A DNA stretch of 64,000 nt from Escherichia coli (GCF_030013595.1 NZ_CP122768.1); one strand, 5' to 3'; counted from the stretch's first letter, positions 52,367 to 61,718 are shown. The notes: generated from the sequence alone by a model not told the origin. Translations and numbers: made by a program.

Positions 52367-53180
52367 GTTTGCCCTTCTCCGTTAAAAATTCGTCGGGTAG
52401 TTTCTGAGGGGCGTAGATCGGCAGAGCATCGCAACTGCAATAAACCTCCTCCCCGGCAGCAGTGATTTCGTCATAAAAACCATATACGGGCTTAATAAGC
52501 CCCTGCTCCAGCGCCCACGAATCGCGGAGGAGATAAATTTTCTCGTCGCGCTCTTTGTGGTCCTGTCGGTATTTGTAGCCCGGACGCCGCCAGTTCGAAT
52601 GCCAGCGCAGAGCAATCGCACCACTCTGAACAGCCAGCAGATATTTAACGTTGCTCGCCAGCTTATGTCCCTGGTCAATAGCCACCCGGCGACTGATAAA
52701 ATCCATATCCTTCACGGACTTCTGAAAACCGGACTTCACTTCCCGGCGATCTATTTCGCTCACCCCGTCAGGTGGAATGGACGTAACCCACCCCTGAAAA
52801 CGCTGTATGGTTTTCTCGATGGCCTGTTCGCGGTTGAGTTTTATCAGGTTGGCACTGGCGAAAATTCGCCTGTCGAGTTCCTTGCGAAACTCAGGTTTCA
52901 GTTTTTCAACAGTGATTTTTTTAGGGCCGTCAGGAGGCTGATCCCGTAATGCCCCGCCGTCGATGACAAGACGGCTGTAGATAGCGGTGAGATGTTTTCT
53001 GGCTACGGTATCATCTGGGGTTTCTCGCTGAGCGGCTACACGGAGTTTCCGGCACCATTCGAGCAATGATTTTTCGCTATCCCACCCGTGATTTACGTAG
53101 TAGTTAACGGCATCCGTCAGAACCTCATACAGCGTCCTGATCCGTTTCTTCTTCCTCCCCGCCCGGCTGGAAATTGCCAT
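52347..53180 (-). CDS. head morphogenesis / minor head protein
   Basis: About 277 aa from MAISSRAGRKKKRI. The longer reading overlaps the portal gene by about 190 nt and is rejected. Confidence 0.55.
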   Translation of the reverse strand: MAISSRAGRKKKRIRTLYEVLTDAVNYYVNHGWDSEKSLLEWCRKLRVAAQRETPDDTVARKHLTAIYSRLVIDGGALRDQPPDGPKKITVEKLKPEFRKELDRRIFASANLIKLNREQAIEKTIQRFQGWVTSIPPDGVSEIDRREVKSGFQKSVKDMDFISRRVAIDQGHKLASNVKYLLAVQSGAIALRWHSNWRRPGYKYRQDHKERDEKIYLLRDSWALEQGLIKPVYGFYDEITAAGEEVYCSCDALPIYAPQKLPDEFLTEKGKREFNRA

Positions 53181-54564
53181 CAGGCGTCTCCTGCTTCGGT
53201 GGTTCATAATTCGCCAGCGCGTCCACATCAATGATGAGTGGAGCTTCGCCATAGGTTTGCGTGGCATTAACAAGGCTTGCCAGCCATTCAGTGACGGCGG
53301 CACGGTTTTCAGGATCAACCTGTGGCGACACGGCAGAAAAAAGTGCTATCGCCTGTTGAATCACTTTACTGTCGCTTTCCCGGCGTTTGTCCGGCGACTC
53401 CTCCACCAGCTCCTGCCACGTCGCGGTAAACTCGCGCCGCCACTGGTAAAACGTGGTTTTATAGTCCTCGGTTATGATGTCCGGGTAATCATTTTTCAGC
53501 GACTGATAAAATTCCTCGTTCCAGGCGATGTACTGCACCAGGCGTTCGAAATAATCCATCACAGGTTCAATCTGCTGGCGTACACCATCGATATACTGGC
53601 TGATGGCTTTCGAGTCCTCCTTACCTTCACCGAATCCGTTACTGAATGCTTCTTCCTTGATAATAATGGCCGGAACGTCACTCCCGGCGGCAATATCAGC
53701 AATGATATTGTCGCGGGCAGTATTCAGCGCCCCGTCGATGTTTTGCAGGTTCAGTGAACTTACGTCTTCGTCTTTTCCAATACTCAACACGCCTTTATTT
53801 TTGGCGGCTTTCACGTTTTCCCTTTTACGCCCCGTGGCAGCAGCCATGATCCCGTCCATTTTCGAACCGTTCTGCACAACTTTAGCTACCAGTACGCCCG
53901 CTTTCTGACTAACGAGATCATTCGCCTCCATCGTGTTGATATAGGATTTCAGGGAATAAAGAACGCGCTGAAACACACTTCGTCCGGTGAATCCGAACGA
54001 TGAACTCTGAAACTCCAGATAAATCGGTGTGCCGTTGAAGATTTTCAGTGTGCGTGACGGATGCCAGTCTTTTCCGCCAATCTTCAGCCTTTTGTTGGCT
54101 TCCTGGAAAAACGGACTGTTTGGGTTCTGGTCAGTCACCATCGAACCGGAAGCGTTCAACGGATCCCACGCGTTGATATACACATCCTCTTCTGTCAGCC
54201 CGAATGTCGGAAGCGGCTCACGACATGAAACACTGTCGGTGCCCACGCCGATCGCTGCAGCACCGTAGCAACGAGACAGAAAAAACAGATTTTTTATCTT
54301 CTCGTTGACCCTCATACGTTCCCATACCTCCTGGAAACGCCGTACAACCCTCTCGTCAGGATCTGTCTCCACGTTATACTGTCGCGGCTTACACATCGCC
54401 ATCAGTATGGGTTTTTCGACAAGTTTTCCGCCCAGAGGATGGAATTGCCACAGCAGCTTACACAATTCATAGCCAATATCGGTTCCCGGCTGAATTTCTT
54501 CAGCCTCAAGAATACGCATCAGTGCTGAACCGAGGCCGCCAGTAATCTCGATCTCTGCCATCAA
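53125..54564 (-). CDS. portal protein
   Basis: 479 aa immediately after TerL. Acidic C-terminus. Typical size. Confidence 0.75.
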   Translation of the reverse strand: MMAEIEITGGLGSALMRILEAEEIQPGTDIGYELCKLLWQFHPLGGKLVEKPILMAMCKPRQYNVETDPDERVVRRFQEVWERMRVNEKIKNLFFLSRCYGAAAIGVGTDSVSCREPLPTFGLTEEDVYINAWDPLNASGSMVTDQNPNSPFFQEANKRLKIGGKDWHPSRTLKIFNGTPIYLEFQSSSFGFTGRSVFQRVLYSLKSYINTMEANDLVSQKAGVLVAKVVQNGSKMDGIMAAATGRKRENVKAAKNKGVLSIGKDEDVSSLNLQNIDGALNTARDNIIADIAAGSDVPAIIIKEEAFSNGFGEGKEDSKAISQYIDGVRQQIEPVMDYFERLVQYIAWNEEFYQSLKNDYPDIITEDYKTTFYQWRREFTATWQELVEESPDKRRESDSKVIQQAIALFSAVSPQVDPENRAAVTEWLASLVNATQTYGEAPLIIDVDALANYEPPKQETPDGNFQPGGEEEETDQDAV

Positions 54565-54579
54565 AAATATCCTGATTTT

Positions 54580-55908
54580 TTACAACGCCGCGTAATTACC
54601 GTGCGCGATGATCAACCCATAGGTGTAACAATCGAAAAGGTCATCAGCACGTTTATGCGCGTCTTTATCCGCCAGGTGGAATCCGGCGATTTGTTTTATG
54701 AGGTGGTTTGCGGTGGTGCGCTTGAATGAAACGGTCTTGTCGTAAGCCTCCCGGACGATTTTGCACACCCCCTGATAGTGGTAGCTGGATGCCATCACCG
54801 CCCGTTCATCTTTGCCCTTGCTGGTTAGTGCCGATTTAATCGGCGTCATATCCCAGCCTTCGGTTTCCGCCTTCTGGTTGAGGATTGCCCCCATCGCGGC
54901 GTCTTCCATAAAAATTCCCTGGCTGCCCAGACGCGGACGGCATAATTTCGCGAGGCGCTCAAGGTTGTCATAAACGCCGGGGATATATTCAGGAAGCAAT
55001 GACGCTTTAATTTGCGTCACATCCCAGTCAATAATCGTCAGTTTTGGCTCGTCCGAATACGTTGACTCATAAGCGAAATACACCACGCCAGTACCATCAT
55101 TTTCGGTCCCGCCTTTCAGCGCCGTATCCATCACTGCGAAAATCATGTCGCAGTACGGCGGCATCTCAATCGGCTGACCGTCCACCAGCAGCTTATCGAC
55201 ATCGAGTAACGCGTCTTTGGACCAGTCCACGAACTCTGCAAGATATTCCTGCTGCCAGACGCGCGGATCGGATTTCTTTTCCGTTTCCTCCAGTTCTTCT
55301 TTCGGAATAAACGGATTCGATGAAGTTGGCGCATGGTGCATGATAAATCCCAGGGATTCATCGTGGCATATCGCGTAGAAAAAATTGCTCTCGTCGATAC
55401 CGTTTGGTGTGGAAAAAACCCACGCACAGCCACGGTAATCGACAAGCGTCGGGCGTATAGCACGGGGCCAGATTTCCTCGAGCATTTCCGGCGATTTAGT
55501 GAATGCAGCCTCATCAATCAGCACAGCGTGATATTTACGCCCACGCCCGGCCAGTTTGTTATTGTCCGTTACCCAAAAGTCGATGCGCCCCCCATTACGG
55601 AGAATGATGCGCTTTTCATTTTTTGACTGGCTGAGGATCAGCGGTTGCAGAACGGCGCTAATTTCATCCCAGATTTCCTGGTACTGGCGGTATTGTGCGG
55701 TAAAAATCCCCACCCTACCCGCGATAAGTTGCCCGGTGGTAGGAACGGCAAATTTCCGCGTAGCGAAACTGGTAGCGATGTTCACCAGCATCACCGTTTT
55801 ACCCCAGCGACGACCACAGCATACCGCGTGGAAGCGTTCCTCTATTGCCGCCGTCCATGCAGCTATTTGCCCCTCATGAGGTTTTGGGAGGTAGATTTCA
55901 ATCGACAT
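54580..55908 (-). CDS. terminase large subunit
   Basis: 442 aa. Walker A CCGRRWGKT and Walker B HAVLIDEAAF. C-terminal nuclease-like half. Confidence 0.85.
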   Translation of the reverse strand: MSIEIYLPKPHEGQIAAWTAAIEERFHAVCCGRRWGKTVMLVNIATSFATRKFAVPTTGQLIAGRVGIFTAQYRQYQEIWDEISAVLQPLILSQSKNEKRIILRNGGRIDFWVTDNNKLAGRGRKYHAVLIDEAAFTKSPEMLEEIWPRAIRPTLVDYRGCAWVFSTPNGIDESNFFYAICHDESLGFIMHHAPTSSNPFIPKEELEETEKKSDPRVWQQEYLAEFVDWSKDALLDVDKLLVDGQPIEMPPYCDMIFAVMDTALKGGTENDGTGVVYFAYESTYSDEPKLTIIDWDVTQIKASLLPEYIPGVYDNLERLAKLCRPRLGSQGIFMEDAAMGAILNQKAETEGWDMTPIKSALTSKGKDERAVMASSYHYQGVCKIVREAYDKTVSFKRTTANHLIKQIAGFHLADKDAHKRADDLFDCYTYGLIIAHGNYAAL

Positions 55909-56989
55909 TATCCACTCCCGGCATCGGCAGAGAGTTGTGGATAATTATTTCGTTATTCTCACCACCCACGCCTTTTTTGAGGTTTTCAATCTCAGTGCGC
56001 AGCTTTTCGTTGCGAAGCCTCAGTCCTTCAAGCTCCAGATCATTGCGACTGTCAGTTGCACCACCAGCAGAACTTCCTTTCGTCGCCGTTATCAGCTTGA
56101 TAAGTTCGCGCCGGGCGGCAGCCTTATCCTCCAGCAGGATCTCAACGCCGAATTTTCCGAGCTTTGCCCCTGCATATAATTGCCGCGCATCCCCATCAAG
56201 TAGAGTGGTATCAGCCATATAAAGCTGTCCCGTTCCCTCACCGCAGCACTTCGGGCAGTCCGGATTGGGTATGGCGTTATCAACAAAGCCGAGGCCTCCA
56301 TATTCTGGTTCAGGCTTACCGTCTTTAGATGCCTGCGCTGCTGCCCTGTCAAATTCTGCTATATCTCGCCACTGGTAGAGGTGATTCTCCCCCCAGCAAT
56401 AACGGCAGTTAACACGGCGAAATTGTGAAATCTGATTGGGATCAGCCTGGACAATGGCCATCAACTGGCTCACCAGTAAATCCAGGTCTGCGGTATAGCG
56501 TTTCTGGTACTGATTGCGGAACCATGAGATAGCCCGATAAACCTTAACATTTCTTAACAGACGTGAGGCTGCGGCACTTGCTACGTTTCCCGTTCCCTCG
56601 TAACCCGCTAGGCGGTATGCCTCGATGAGGTTTTTACCCTGCGCAACCAGCATGGCGAATTTTGCCTGCTGGTCAGAAATGCCGAATTCATCGGGACAGA
56701 ATGAAAATTCCTCCGCGTCGCCCTCATTCAGACACGCATCGGATACTGGCTTTTTTTTCTGAGATTTTCCGTTCCGCTTTTGCGCAGTCTGCGCAGATTT
56801 TTTCTGCGCACTTTGTTGCGCAGTTTTGCACATTTCTGTCTGCGCATTTTTCGGAGGTTTTTTGATGTAACGACGGGCTGTTGCGTAATTCAGTCCCCTT
56901 GCCTCACACCATGCCACCGGAGATACACCGGAGCGGGTGTATTCAGCAATATATTCCTGCTGCAACGCCCCCCAGTCCGGTCTGCTCAT
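55898..56989 (-). CDS. terminase small subunit-like DNA-binding protein
   Basis: 363 aa upstream of and overlapping TerL. N-terminal HTH (VSPVAWCEARGLNYATARRYI), basic AQ-repeat linker, CxxC..CxxC (CRYCW ... CPKCCGEG) and a C-terminal coiled coil. Confidence 0.65.
   Translation of the reverse strand: MSRPDWGALQQEYIAEYTRSGVSPVAWCEARGLNYATARRYIKKPPKNAQTEMCKTAQQSAQKKSAQTAQKRNGKSQKKKPVSDACLNEGDAEEFSFCPDEFGISDQQAKFAMLVAQGKNLIEAYRLAGYEGTGNVASAAASRLLRNVKVYRAISWFRNQYQKRYTADLDLLVSQLMAIVQADPNQISQFRRVNCRYCWGENHLYQWRDIAEFDRAAAQASKDGKPEPEYGGLGFVDNAIPNPDCPKCCGEGTGQLYMADTTLLDGDARQLYAGAKLGKFGVEILLEDKAAARRELIKLITATKGSSAGGATDSRNDLELEGLRLRNEKLRTEIENLKKGVGGENNEIIIHNSLPMPGVDNVD
56781..56846. repeat. cluster of five TGCGCA palindromic hexamers inside terS
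   Basis: TGCGCA at 56781, 56790, 56805, 56817 and 56841, plus the variant TGCACA at 56827. Confidence 0.9.
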
Positions 56990-56992
56990 CAG

Positions 56993-57244
56993 TTAATCCT
57001 GATTTTTATCCACCCTGAGTAGTTCGCGCAGGGCAAAGGCATCCCCTTTTCTGGCAAGCTTAAACAATGCCGCCCGTAGCTCGGCTTCACCTTTCGCTCT
57101 GCCCTTACGGATGGACGCATAAAAATTTGTCATTGCTTCCCGATTTTCTTTCAGTCGGTTCAGATCAACATCCAGAAAGTTAGCGATTTGTTGTGCAGTC
57201 ATCCGGCACGCTGCCAGAGACTCGACTTTCGAATACGGAATCAT
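56993..57244 (-). CDS. small HTH-like protein upstream of terS
   Basis: 83 aa (..MTAQQIANFLDVDLNRLKENRE..). Its stop lies 3 nt before the terS ATG. Confidence 0.55.
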   Translation of the reverse strand: MIPYSKVESLAACRMTAQQIANFLDVDLNRLKENREAMTNFYASIRKGRAKGEAELRAALFKLARKGDAFALRELLRVDKNQD

Positions 57245-57247
57245 TTG

Positions 57248-57364
57248 TCACCCCCATTGATATGCAGGGTGTCTTCTTCCTGTATTTTTCATGAAGGAAT
57301 TTACTGCAGAGTTACTCCATGCCAGTCTTGTTGAATGGCTCCAAAAAATAAGAGAATAATTCAT
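57248..57364 (-). CDS. 38-aa ORF (uncertain)
   Basis: MNYSLIFWSHSTRLAWSNSAVNSFMKNTGRRHPAYQWG. ATGA overlap with the upstream 35-aa ORF. Its stop lies 3 nt before the 83-aa gene. AT-rich. Confidence 0.3.
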   Translation of the reverse strand: MNYSLIFWSHSTRLAWSNSAVNSFMKNTGRRHPAYQWG

Positions 57365-57468
57365 AACATATATTGTAATTCAGGCTCGGTTATTTCGAAT
57401 TGAATACTTGCATTAAAATCTGATAAAAAATTCGTCATAACAACAACATTCTCTTCTGCATGTGCCAT
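57361..57468 (-). CDS. 35-aa acidic ORF (uncertain)
   Basis: MAHAEENVVVMTNFLSDFNASIQFEITEPELQYML. Its start abuts a hairpin. Confidence 0.3.
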   Translation of the reverse strand: MAHAEENVVVMTNFLSDFNASIQFEITEPELQYML

Positions 57469-57471
57469 AAC

Positions 57472-57499
57472 CTGCCGTAACAACCCGGCAGTTTTTTTT
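57472..57499 (+). terminator. plus-strand intrinsic terminator with no plus-strand gene upstream
   Basis: CTGCCG-taacaacc-CGGCAG followed by T8 on the plus strand. On the minus strand the hairpin is followed by GTTATGG (no U-tract). Confidence 0.55.
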
Positions 57500-57699
57500 A
57501 TTGAATAAATTTCCGGTTTCTTCCACCATCGCACCGGCCAGGCGACTATGAGGGGACAACGCCGCGCTCCGTTAACGCAGTAAACCCCGGTGTGTATCGT
57601 TTTTGATTATTCCCGCACACTCGCGCAGAGGAGTCTCCCCGTAGGGCTGCGGTCTCTGTTAATGCGGAAATACGGCGACGATACAACGCATTGAAAAAA

Positions 57700-58158
57700 C
57701 TATTTCAGGCACTGAGTACGGATATATTCCTGAAGCGTTCTCAATGCTGCCTGGTCGCTGATGATTCCGTCTCTGATACCGAGAACGTTTCGTCCAGCAA
57801 CTGGAGAGAGTTCGACGCTGGCATCATTGCCCACGCGGGCGGTGGCGGTGGCTTCACGCACGGAGCCTGGACAGGTGGCGTTGATCCGCAGGCGCTTACG
57901 ACCAGCGGTAACATCAGCACGCAGAGTTTCATTTTCAGCTCTCGCATCGGCTAATTCCCTCGAGTATTTTGCATCGAGCGCAGCAACATCGTGCTGGCGC
58001 TGCTGCATATCAGTAATGGTGGCGTTCGCCAGCTTCAGCTCACTGACTTTTTTATCGCGCTGCGCTTTGTAAGTGATGGCGTTATCGCGGTAATGATTCA
58101 GCCCCAGACTAAGCACACCACAGACCACCAGCAGAATAACGGTAAACGCGGAAAGCAT
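57700..58158 (-). CDS. rz: i-spanin Rz
   Basis: 152 aa from [20 protein letters not shown] (N-terminal TM), then a coiled coil resembling lambda Rz. The longer 223-aa reading is rejected. Confidence 0.85.
   Translation of the reverse strand: MLSAFTVILLVVCGVLSLGLNHYRDNAITYKAQRDKKVSELKLANATITDMQQRQHDVAALDAKYSRELADARAENETLRADVTAGRKRLRINATCPGSVREATATARVGNDASVELSPVAGRNVLGIRDGIISDQAALRTLQEYIRTQCLK
57741..57932 (-). CDS. rz1: o-spanin Rz1 (embedded in rz, +1 frame)
   Basis: 63 aa, [15 protein letters not shown] lipobox, Pro-rich mature part ([16 protein letters not shown]). Confidence 0.85.
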   Translation of the reverse strand: MKLCVLMLPLVVSACGSTPPVQAPCVKPPPPPAWAMMPASNSLQLLDETFSVSETESSATRQH

Positions 58159-58169
58159 TCGGTTTATGC

Positions 58170-58304
58170 TCACCCCAGCATCCCCGACGAAGACAACATC
58201 ATCCAGCCCAGGGAAAGAAAAAGAGCAACCAGCATTAGTGAAAATGAAATGCCGACAATTACACAGAGGATCTTCGCCAGAGTTATGAGTTTGTCTGATA
58301 TCAT
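58170..58304 (-). CDS. 44-aa hydrophobic ORF between the Ant-like gene and rz
   Basis: [48 protein letters not shown] about 11 nt upstream. Too short for the ORF track. Confidence 0.45.
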   Translation of the reverse strand: MISDKLITLAKILCVIVGISFSLMLVALFLSLGWMMLSSSGMLG

Positions 58305-58318
58305 TGGTCACCACTCCA

Positions 58319-58888
58319 TCAATCCGTCTTTGTGATTTTTCCTTTGCCTGTATCAGCCAGGACAAAATCAATCAGCAGATTCGCTTCATTTATCAACGTG
58401 CGAATTTTTGATACATGTGCAGCTTTAACCGACTTCCACTCACTCAGCCCGGTACCAAACAAACTGGCGATGTTTTTATCCCGTTTCATGTCAGCGCATA
58501 CCTGATTGAGTTCTTCCATCACGCTCATTCGACGGGGATTAACGACAAAACCCTTCGTCCAGTATTCATAGAGAACATCGTCGCACTCTTCCTGATACTG
58601 AATGACCCTGTCGCGGATTTCAGGTTTAACTTTGTTGGGATTGATGGTTTGTAACCAGCCCGCAAGTTTTCGAAGTGGCAGGGATACCATATTGCGTCGT
58701 TTCCCATCCTCAGCAACCATAACGATTTCCGTTATAGTTGACGCAAAACGCTGTCTTAACTTAGCCAACTGTGATTGCCAGGCTAGCCCCATCCCCGCAA
58801 CAACAGGCTTCATGTGAACGTATGGCTCGCCATTATGGTTAACCACATAAAGAGAGTTGCCGTGAAACGGCACGGTCATCATATTCAT
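58319..58888 (-). CDS. P22 Ant N-terminal-domain (P22_AR_N) antirepressor-like protein
   Basis: 189 aa. [34 protein letters not shown]...[37 protein letters not shown] resembles the P22 Ant N-terminal domain. SD AAGGA. Confidence 0.8.
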   Translation of the reverse strand: MNMMTVPFHGNSLYVVNHNGEPYVHMKPVVAGMGLAWQSQLAKLRQRFASTITEIVMVAEDGKRRNMVSLPLRKLAGWLQTINPNKVKPEIRDRVIQYQEECDDVLYEYWTKGFVVNPRRMSVMEELNQVCADMKRDKNIASLFGTGLSEWKSVKAAHVSKIRTLINEANLLIDFVLADTGKGKITKTD

Positions 58889-58997
58889 CGGTTATTTCCT
58901 TTTAGTGATGAACCTTGTCTCACAGGAATCCGGCCCACAGAAAAGCACCGATAGCCAAACCGGTATCCTCAAGGGTCATCCTGAAAGGTTCTGTGTT

Positions 58998-59019
58998 GTG
59001 AGATGCGCGTGAGATGCGC
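58998..59019. repeat. perfect tandem 11-mer (GTGAGATGCGC x2)
   Basis: Direct duplication between the endolysin terminator and the Ant-like gene. Confidence 0.9.
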
Positions 59020-59035
59020 AGAAATATTCAGATAT

Positions 59036-59061
59036 GAAAAAGCCCACGCCTTTACGTGGGC
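59036..59061 (-). terminator. intrinsic terminator after the endolysin gene, inside the lysis cassette
   Basis: Minus strand: GCCCACG-taaagg-CGTGGGC followed by TTTTTC. Confidence 0.75.
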
Positions 59062-59099
59062 CAGAAGGCCACTCGTTGCAGCCTTGTGTTTTGTTTTTT

Positions 59100-59477
59100 T
59101 TATCGTTTCAACTGAAAGTGAGGCCCGTCCTTCAACGTTTTCCAGTCCCCGCCCCATTCGATGGCGATTCCCAGCTCTGTGGCGGCCTGCTTAAATGCCT
59201 GCGCGATTTTCTCGTACAGAGGCCAGTTCCATGACACCTGGCTGCCAATGTAAGCAACAACATCCACCGCATCACCTGTCAGGTGGCGGCTGTTCATGGT
59301 CTGGCTCTTGCCTTCTGCAACCAGTTGTTTCTGGCGCTCTTTCGTGCGCAGACCTTCCGTAATACCGAAATCAACCTCCGTCAGCTCCAGCGCACGGCGA
59401 ACGACAGCAACCAGCTGTGGTTTTACGCCCTCCAGATTTTTCTCGCTCCGACGGCTGAATCTGAATTTACCCGACAT
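59100..59477 (-). CDS. endolysin, peptidase M15 (L-alanyl-D-glutamate / VanY-like) family
   Basis: 125 aa from the ATG at 59477 (SD GGAGGTG). Zn-ligand pattern SRHLTGDAVDV ... DGPHFQL. Confidence 0.8.
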   Translation of the reverse strand: MSGKFRFSRRSEKNLEGVKPQLVAVVRRALELTEVDFGITEGLRTKERQKQLVAEGKSQTMNSRHLTGDAVDVVAYIGSQVSWNWPLYEKIAQAFKQAATELGIAIEWGGDWKTLKDGPHFQLKR

Positions 59478-59479
59478 AC

Positions 59480-59755
59480 TCACCTCCGTAATGAAAGGAT
59501 TTTTGAAACGTTCCCACGAGCACGAATCACCAGCACGCAGAACAGCAGATTAAGCCCCACCGCCAGCCAGTTCGCCGCTAACGGACGACCACACAGATAG
59601 CTGAGTGGCGCAAAGGCATAAAGCAGCATCAGCAGCCAGGCCAGCCATGACATCAGCGGTTTATGTCTGGAATCACAGCGACGATAAAAAAAGAGCGTCA
59701 GCACGATAACCGTGCATAACGCCACATTCAGCAATCCGGGAAGGTTACTTAACAT
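59480..59755 (-). CDS. holin/antiholin-like membrane protein
   Basis: 91 aa from MLSNLPGLLNV, 3 TM. Its stop overlaps the endolysin SD. Confidence 0.65.
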   Translation of the reverse strand: MLSNLPGLLNVALCTVIVLTLFFYRRCDSRHKPLMSWLAWLLMLLYAFAPLSYLCGRPLAANWLAVGLNLLFCVLVIRARGNVSKILSLRR

Positions 59756-60137
59756 TGCCGCCTCCTCCACCCCGCAGGCGGGAGAACAAGCCGGACACCA
59801 GTGATGCGATATCCTGCTGGTGGATGAACGACAGAATCTTCACCGACACCACGGATACCAGCACCGCACACAGCGCATCTGCCGATGTGCCGTCATAACC
59901 TGTTTTTGCCGCTATCCAGGCAGACAGCACACGCGCTCCCAGCACGCCGACAATGAACGACACCAGAAAATGCGCCGCCACCCGCCAGGCTGAAAGCGCC
60001 TGCGGCATCGTTGCCACAAATAACGCCCCGGCGAACGCACCAAACACAATCCCGAAATCCGTTCCGGTAAACAGCCCGAATACCGTCGCCCCGCCGAGCG
60101 CCGCTGCCGTACCGGAACCGGATAAGGGTTCAGACAT
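59745..60137 (-). CDS. holin-like membrane protein
   Basis: 130 aa, Gly/Ala-rich TMs, charged C-terminus (RLRGGGGGNVK). First gene of the lysis cassette. Confidence 0.65.
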   Translation of the reverse strand: MSEPLSGSGTAAALGGATVFGLFTGTDFGIVFGAFAGALFVATMPQALSAWRVAAHFLVSFIVGVLGARVLSAWIAAKTGYDGTSADALCAVLVSVVSVKILSFIHQQDIASLVSGLFSRLRGGGGGNVK

Positions 60138-60194
60138 AAATACCTCTCAAAATCAGCGTGATGGGAGTTTATACCAAGTTATAAAATTATGTGA

Positions 60195-60620
60195 TTAAGT
60201 ATCTTTTTGTGGTCCCATACAATAATCAGATGAACTACATGTGCTTAAAGAAATTAGTTCGTTAGTAGAGAAGGCCTTTTTAAACTCGGAATCACTCCAC
60301 ACATTCTCCTTATAATAGACCCTTATACTTTCACCAGTAGCATAATAATACTTAGCCATTTCCATCATGGCATCGAAACCTTGTTTATGAGATCCAAAGA
60401 CATCCACCTTACACATATTGTGAATGGGAAGAGTCACATTATCACGCTTTATACCAATACAAAAAAACTGACTTTCCTTACCCCCGGATGTGTAAACTCC
60501 ATATGATAAATTATTTATCTGAACATTACTAAAGTACTTATCATAATCACTCATCACTGCATGACTTGTACCAGATAACAATGAAAGAGCAATTAAGGAA
60601 TATTTTATTTTCCGTTTCAT
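60195..60620 (-). CDS. pltB: AB5 toxin binding (B) subunit, PltB/ArtB/SubB-like
   Basis: 141 aa from [21 protein letters not shown] (signal peptide; SD AAGAGG). ..FFCIGIK...[17 protein letters not shown]...[21 protein letters not shown] parallels PltB/SubB (YFYSTGQSVRIHV..NIW...LSSCS..C.GP) from memory. Confidence 0.8.
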   Translation of the reverse strand: MKRKIKYSLIALSLLSGTSHAVMSDYDKYFSNVQINNLSYGVYTSGGKESQFFCIGIKRDNVTLPIHNMCKVDVFGSHKQGFDAMMEMAKYYYATGESIRVYYKENVWSDSEFKKAFSTNELISLSTCSSSDYCMGPQKDT

Positions 60621-60687
60621 AAAACCTCTTATATACGCTAACAAGTTAATCAACAAATCAAATAATAAACACATCATTTCAATAGCA

Positions 60688-61413
60688 TCATTTTATTATT
60701 TCTTTTAACACACCTCTTGCATCATAAAATTCGGGTTCATAATAAGTGGCTCTTTTATTTAAACCATCTCTTCTGACTCCCTTCAGAGCAAAACAGGCAC
60801 TGATCAGACTTCCAAATGCATTGATTCTTTCTCTAACTGACACAGTTGGTACAACTAATTGAGGTATAACACCTGGATTTACAAATGTGGATCCAGGAAC
60901 ATACCTGGCATTGGTGGTTCCGGGTCCATCAGATACTTGACTGTTGAATCTGTCATAAGTCAACTCCACTGCCTCAACAATATTCTCACTAGGGATATGT
61001 TCAACTGCGACAATTTCGTTCTGCTCTCGCATCATTATCCGCTCAAATCCAGAAAAGGTTACACCGCGCTGGGTTAGATAATTGACTGACGGTTGAATAG
61101 GATAAAAAATATTATTTGCCCTGATACGGTAACGATATAATCTACCATGAAATCCAGAACTTGAATAATATTGCCTGGCTATGTTATATGTTTCAATTAA
61201 ACTGGTTGTGGTCGCAATAAATGCACTATCCCTACTTCCTGCCGCACATGAGTCTCCTCTTAAATGTTGCTGTAAATTTCTGTTAAAACCATGAGATCTA
61301 AATCCATCACGAAATATTTCCTCTGGAGGGCGAGAATCCACTCTATAAACAAAATCCGTAGCATTCGCATACCATGAGAAAGAAATGAGAAACAATATAA
61401 ATATTTTCAACAC
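60688..61413 (-). CDS. pltA: ADP-ribosyltransferase (A) subunit, pertussis toxin S1 / ArtA / PltA-like
   Basis: 241 aa, GTG start 7 nt after AAGAGGTG. Signal peptide ..[11 protein letters not shown]-site motif [22 protein letters not shown]-like FIATTTS. Catalytic Glu region MMREQNEIV. Cys pair. Confidence 0.85.
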   Translation of the reverse strand: MLKIFILFLISFSWYANATDFVYRVDSRPPEEIFRDGFRSHGFNRNLQQHLRGDSCAAGSRDSAFIATTTSLIETYNIARQYYSSSGFHGRLYRYRIRANNIFYPIQPSVNYLTQRGVTFSGFERIMMREQNEIVAVEHIPSENIVEAVELTYDRFNSQVSDGPGTTNARYVPGSTFVNPGVIPQLVVPTVSVRERINAFGSLISACFALKGVRRDGLNKRATYYEPEFYDARGVLKEIIK

Positions 61414-61689
61414 AATATTTCACCTCTTACTTAAAAATAATAGCAACGCCTCCATCAAAATAAATCTAAGAAATAATTAAAAGTCAATCAGAGAGTTGCT
61501 GTCCTCCATGGTTAGCTGACATCTATTTACTCATTTAATTAACCAGAAACATACCACCATCACATCCCGCGCTAATTAAATAAGAAACACCATGTATTCA
61601 ACAAAATATTAAAATTAATACAATCTTTATTTAACAGGAACAGTCAGAATGTGAAAATATAATCAGAAGTGTATACTACGGACGTATGA

Positions 61690-61718
61690 ATAAAACAAAA
61701 CCCGCTCGAAGGCGGGTT
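61690..61718 (-). terminator. tR'-like terminator downstream of Q
   Basis: Minus strand: AACCCGC-cttcga-GCGGGTT followed by TTGTTTTATT, about 85 nt after the Q stop. Confidence 0.75.

Noticed and set aside
57541-57660. GC-rich patch as a cos site or structured RNA gene
   Set aside because: I found no recognisable cos consensus, tRNA or convincing conserved structure. Mentioned only as context in a finding.
61414-61690. tRNA genes upstream of the toxin (as in Stx phages)
   Set aside because: The segment is AT-rich, with no cloverleaf-compatible stems or T-loop GTTCRANYC-like motif.
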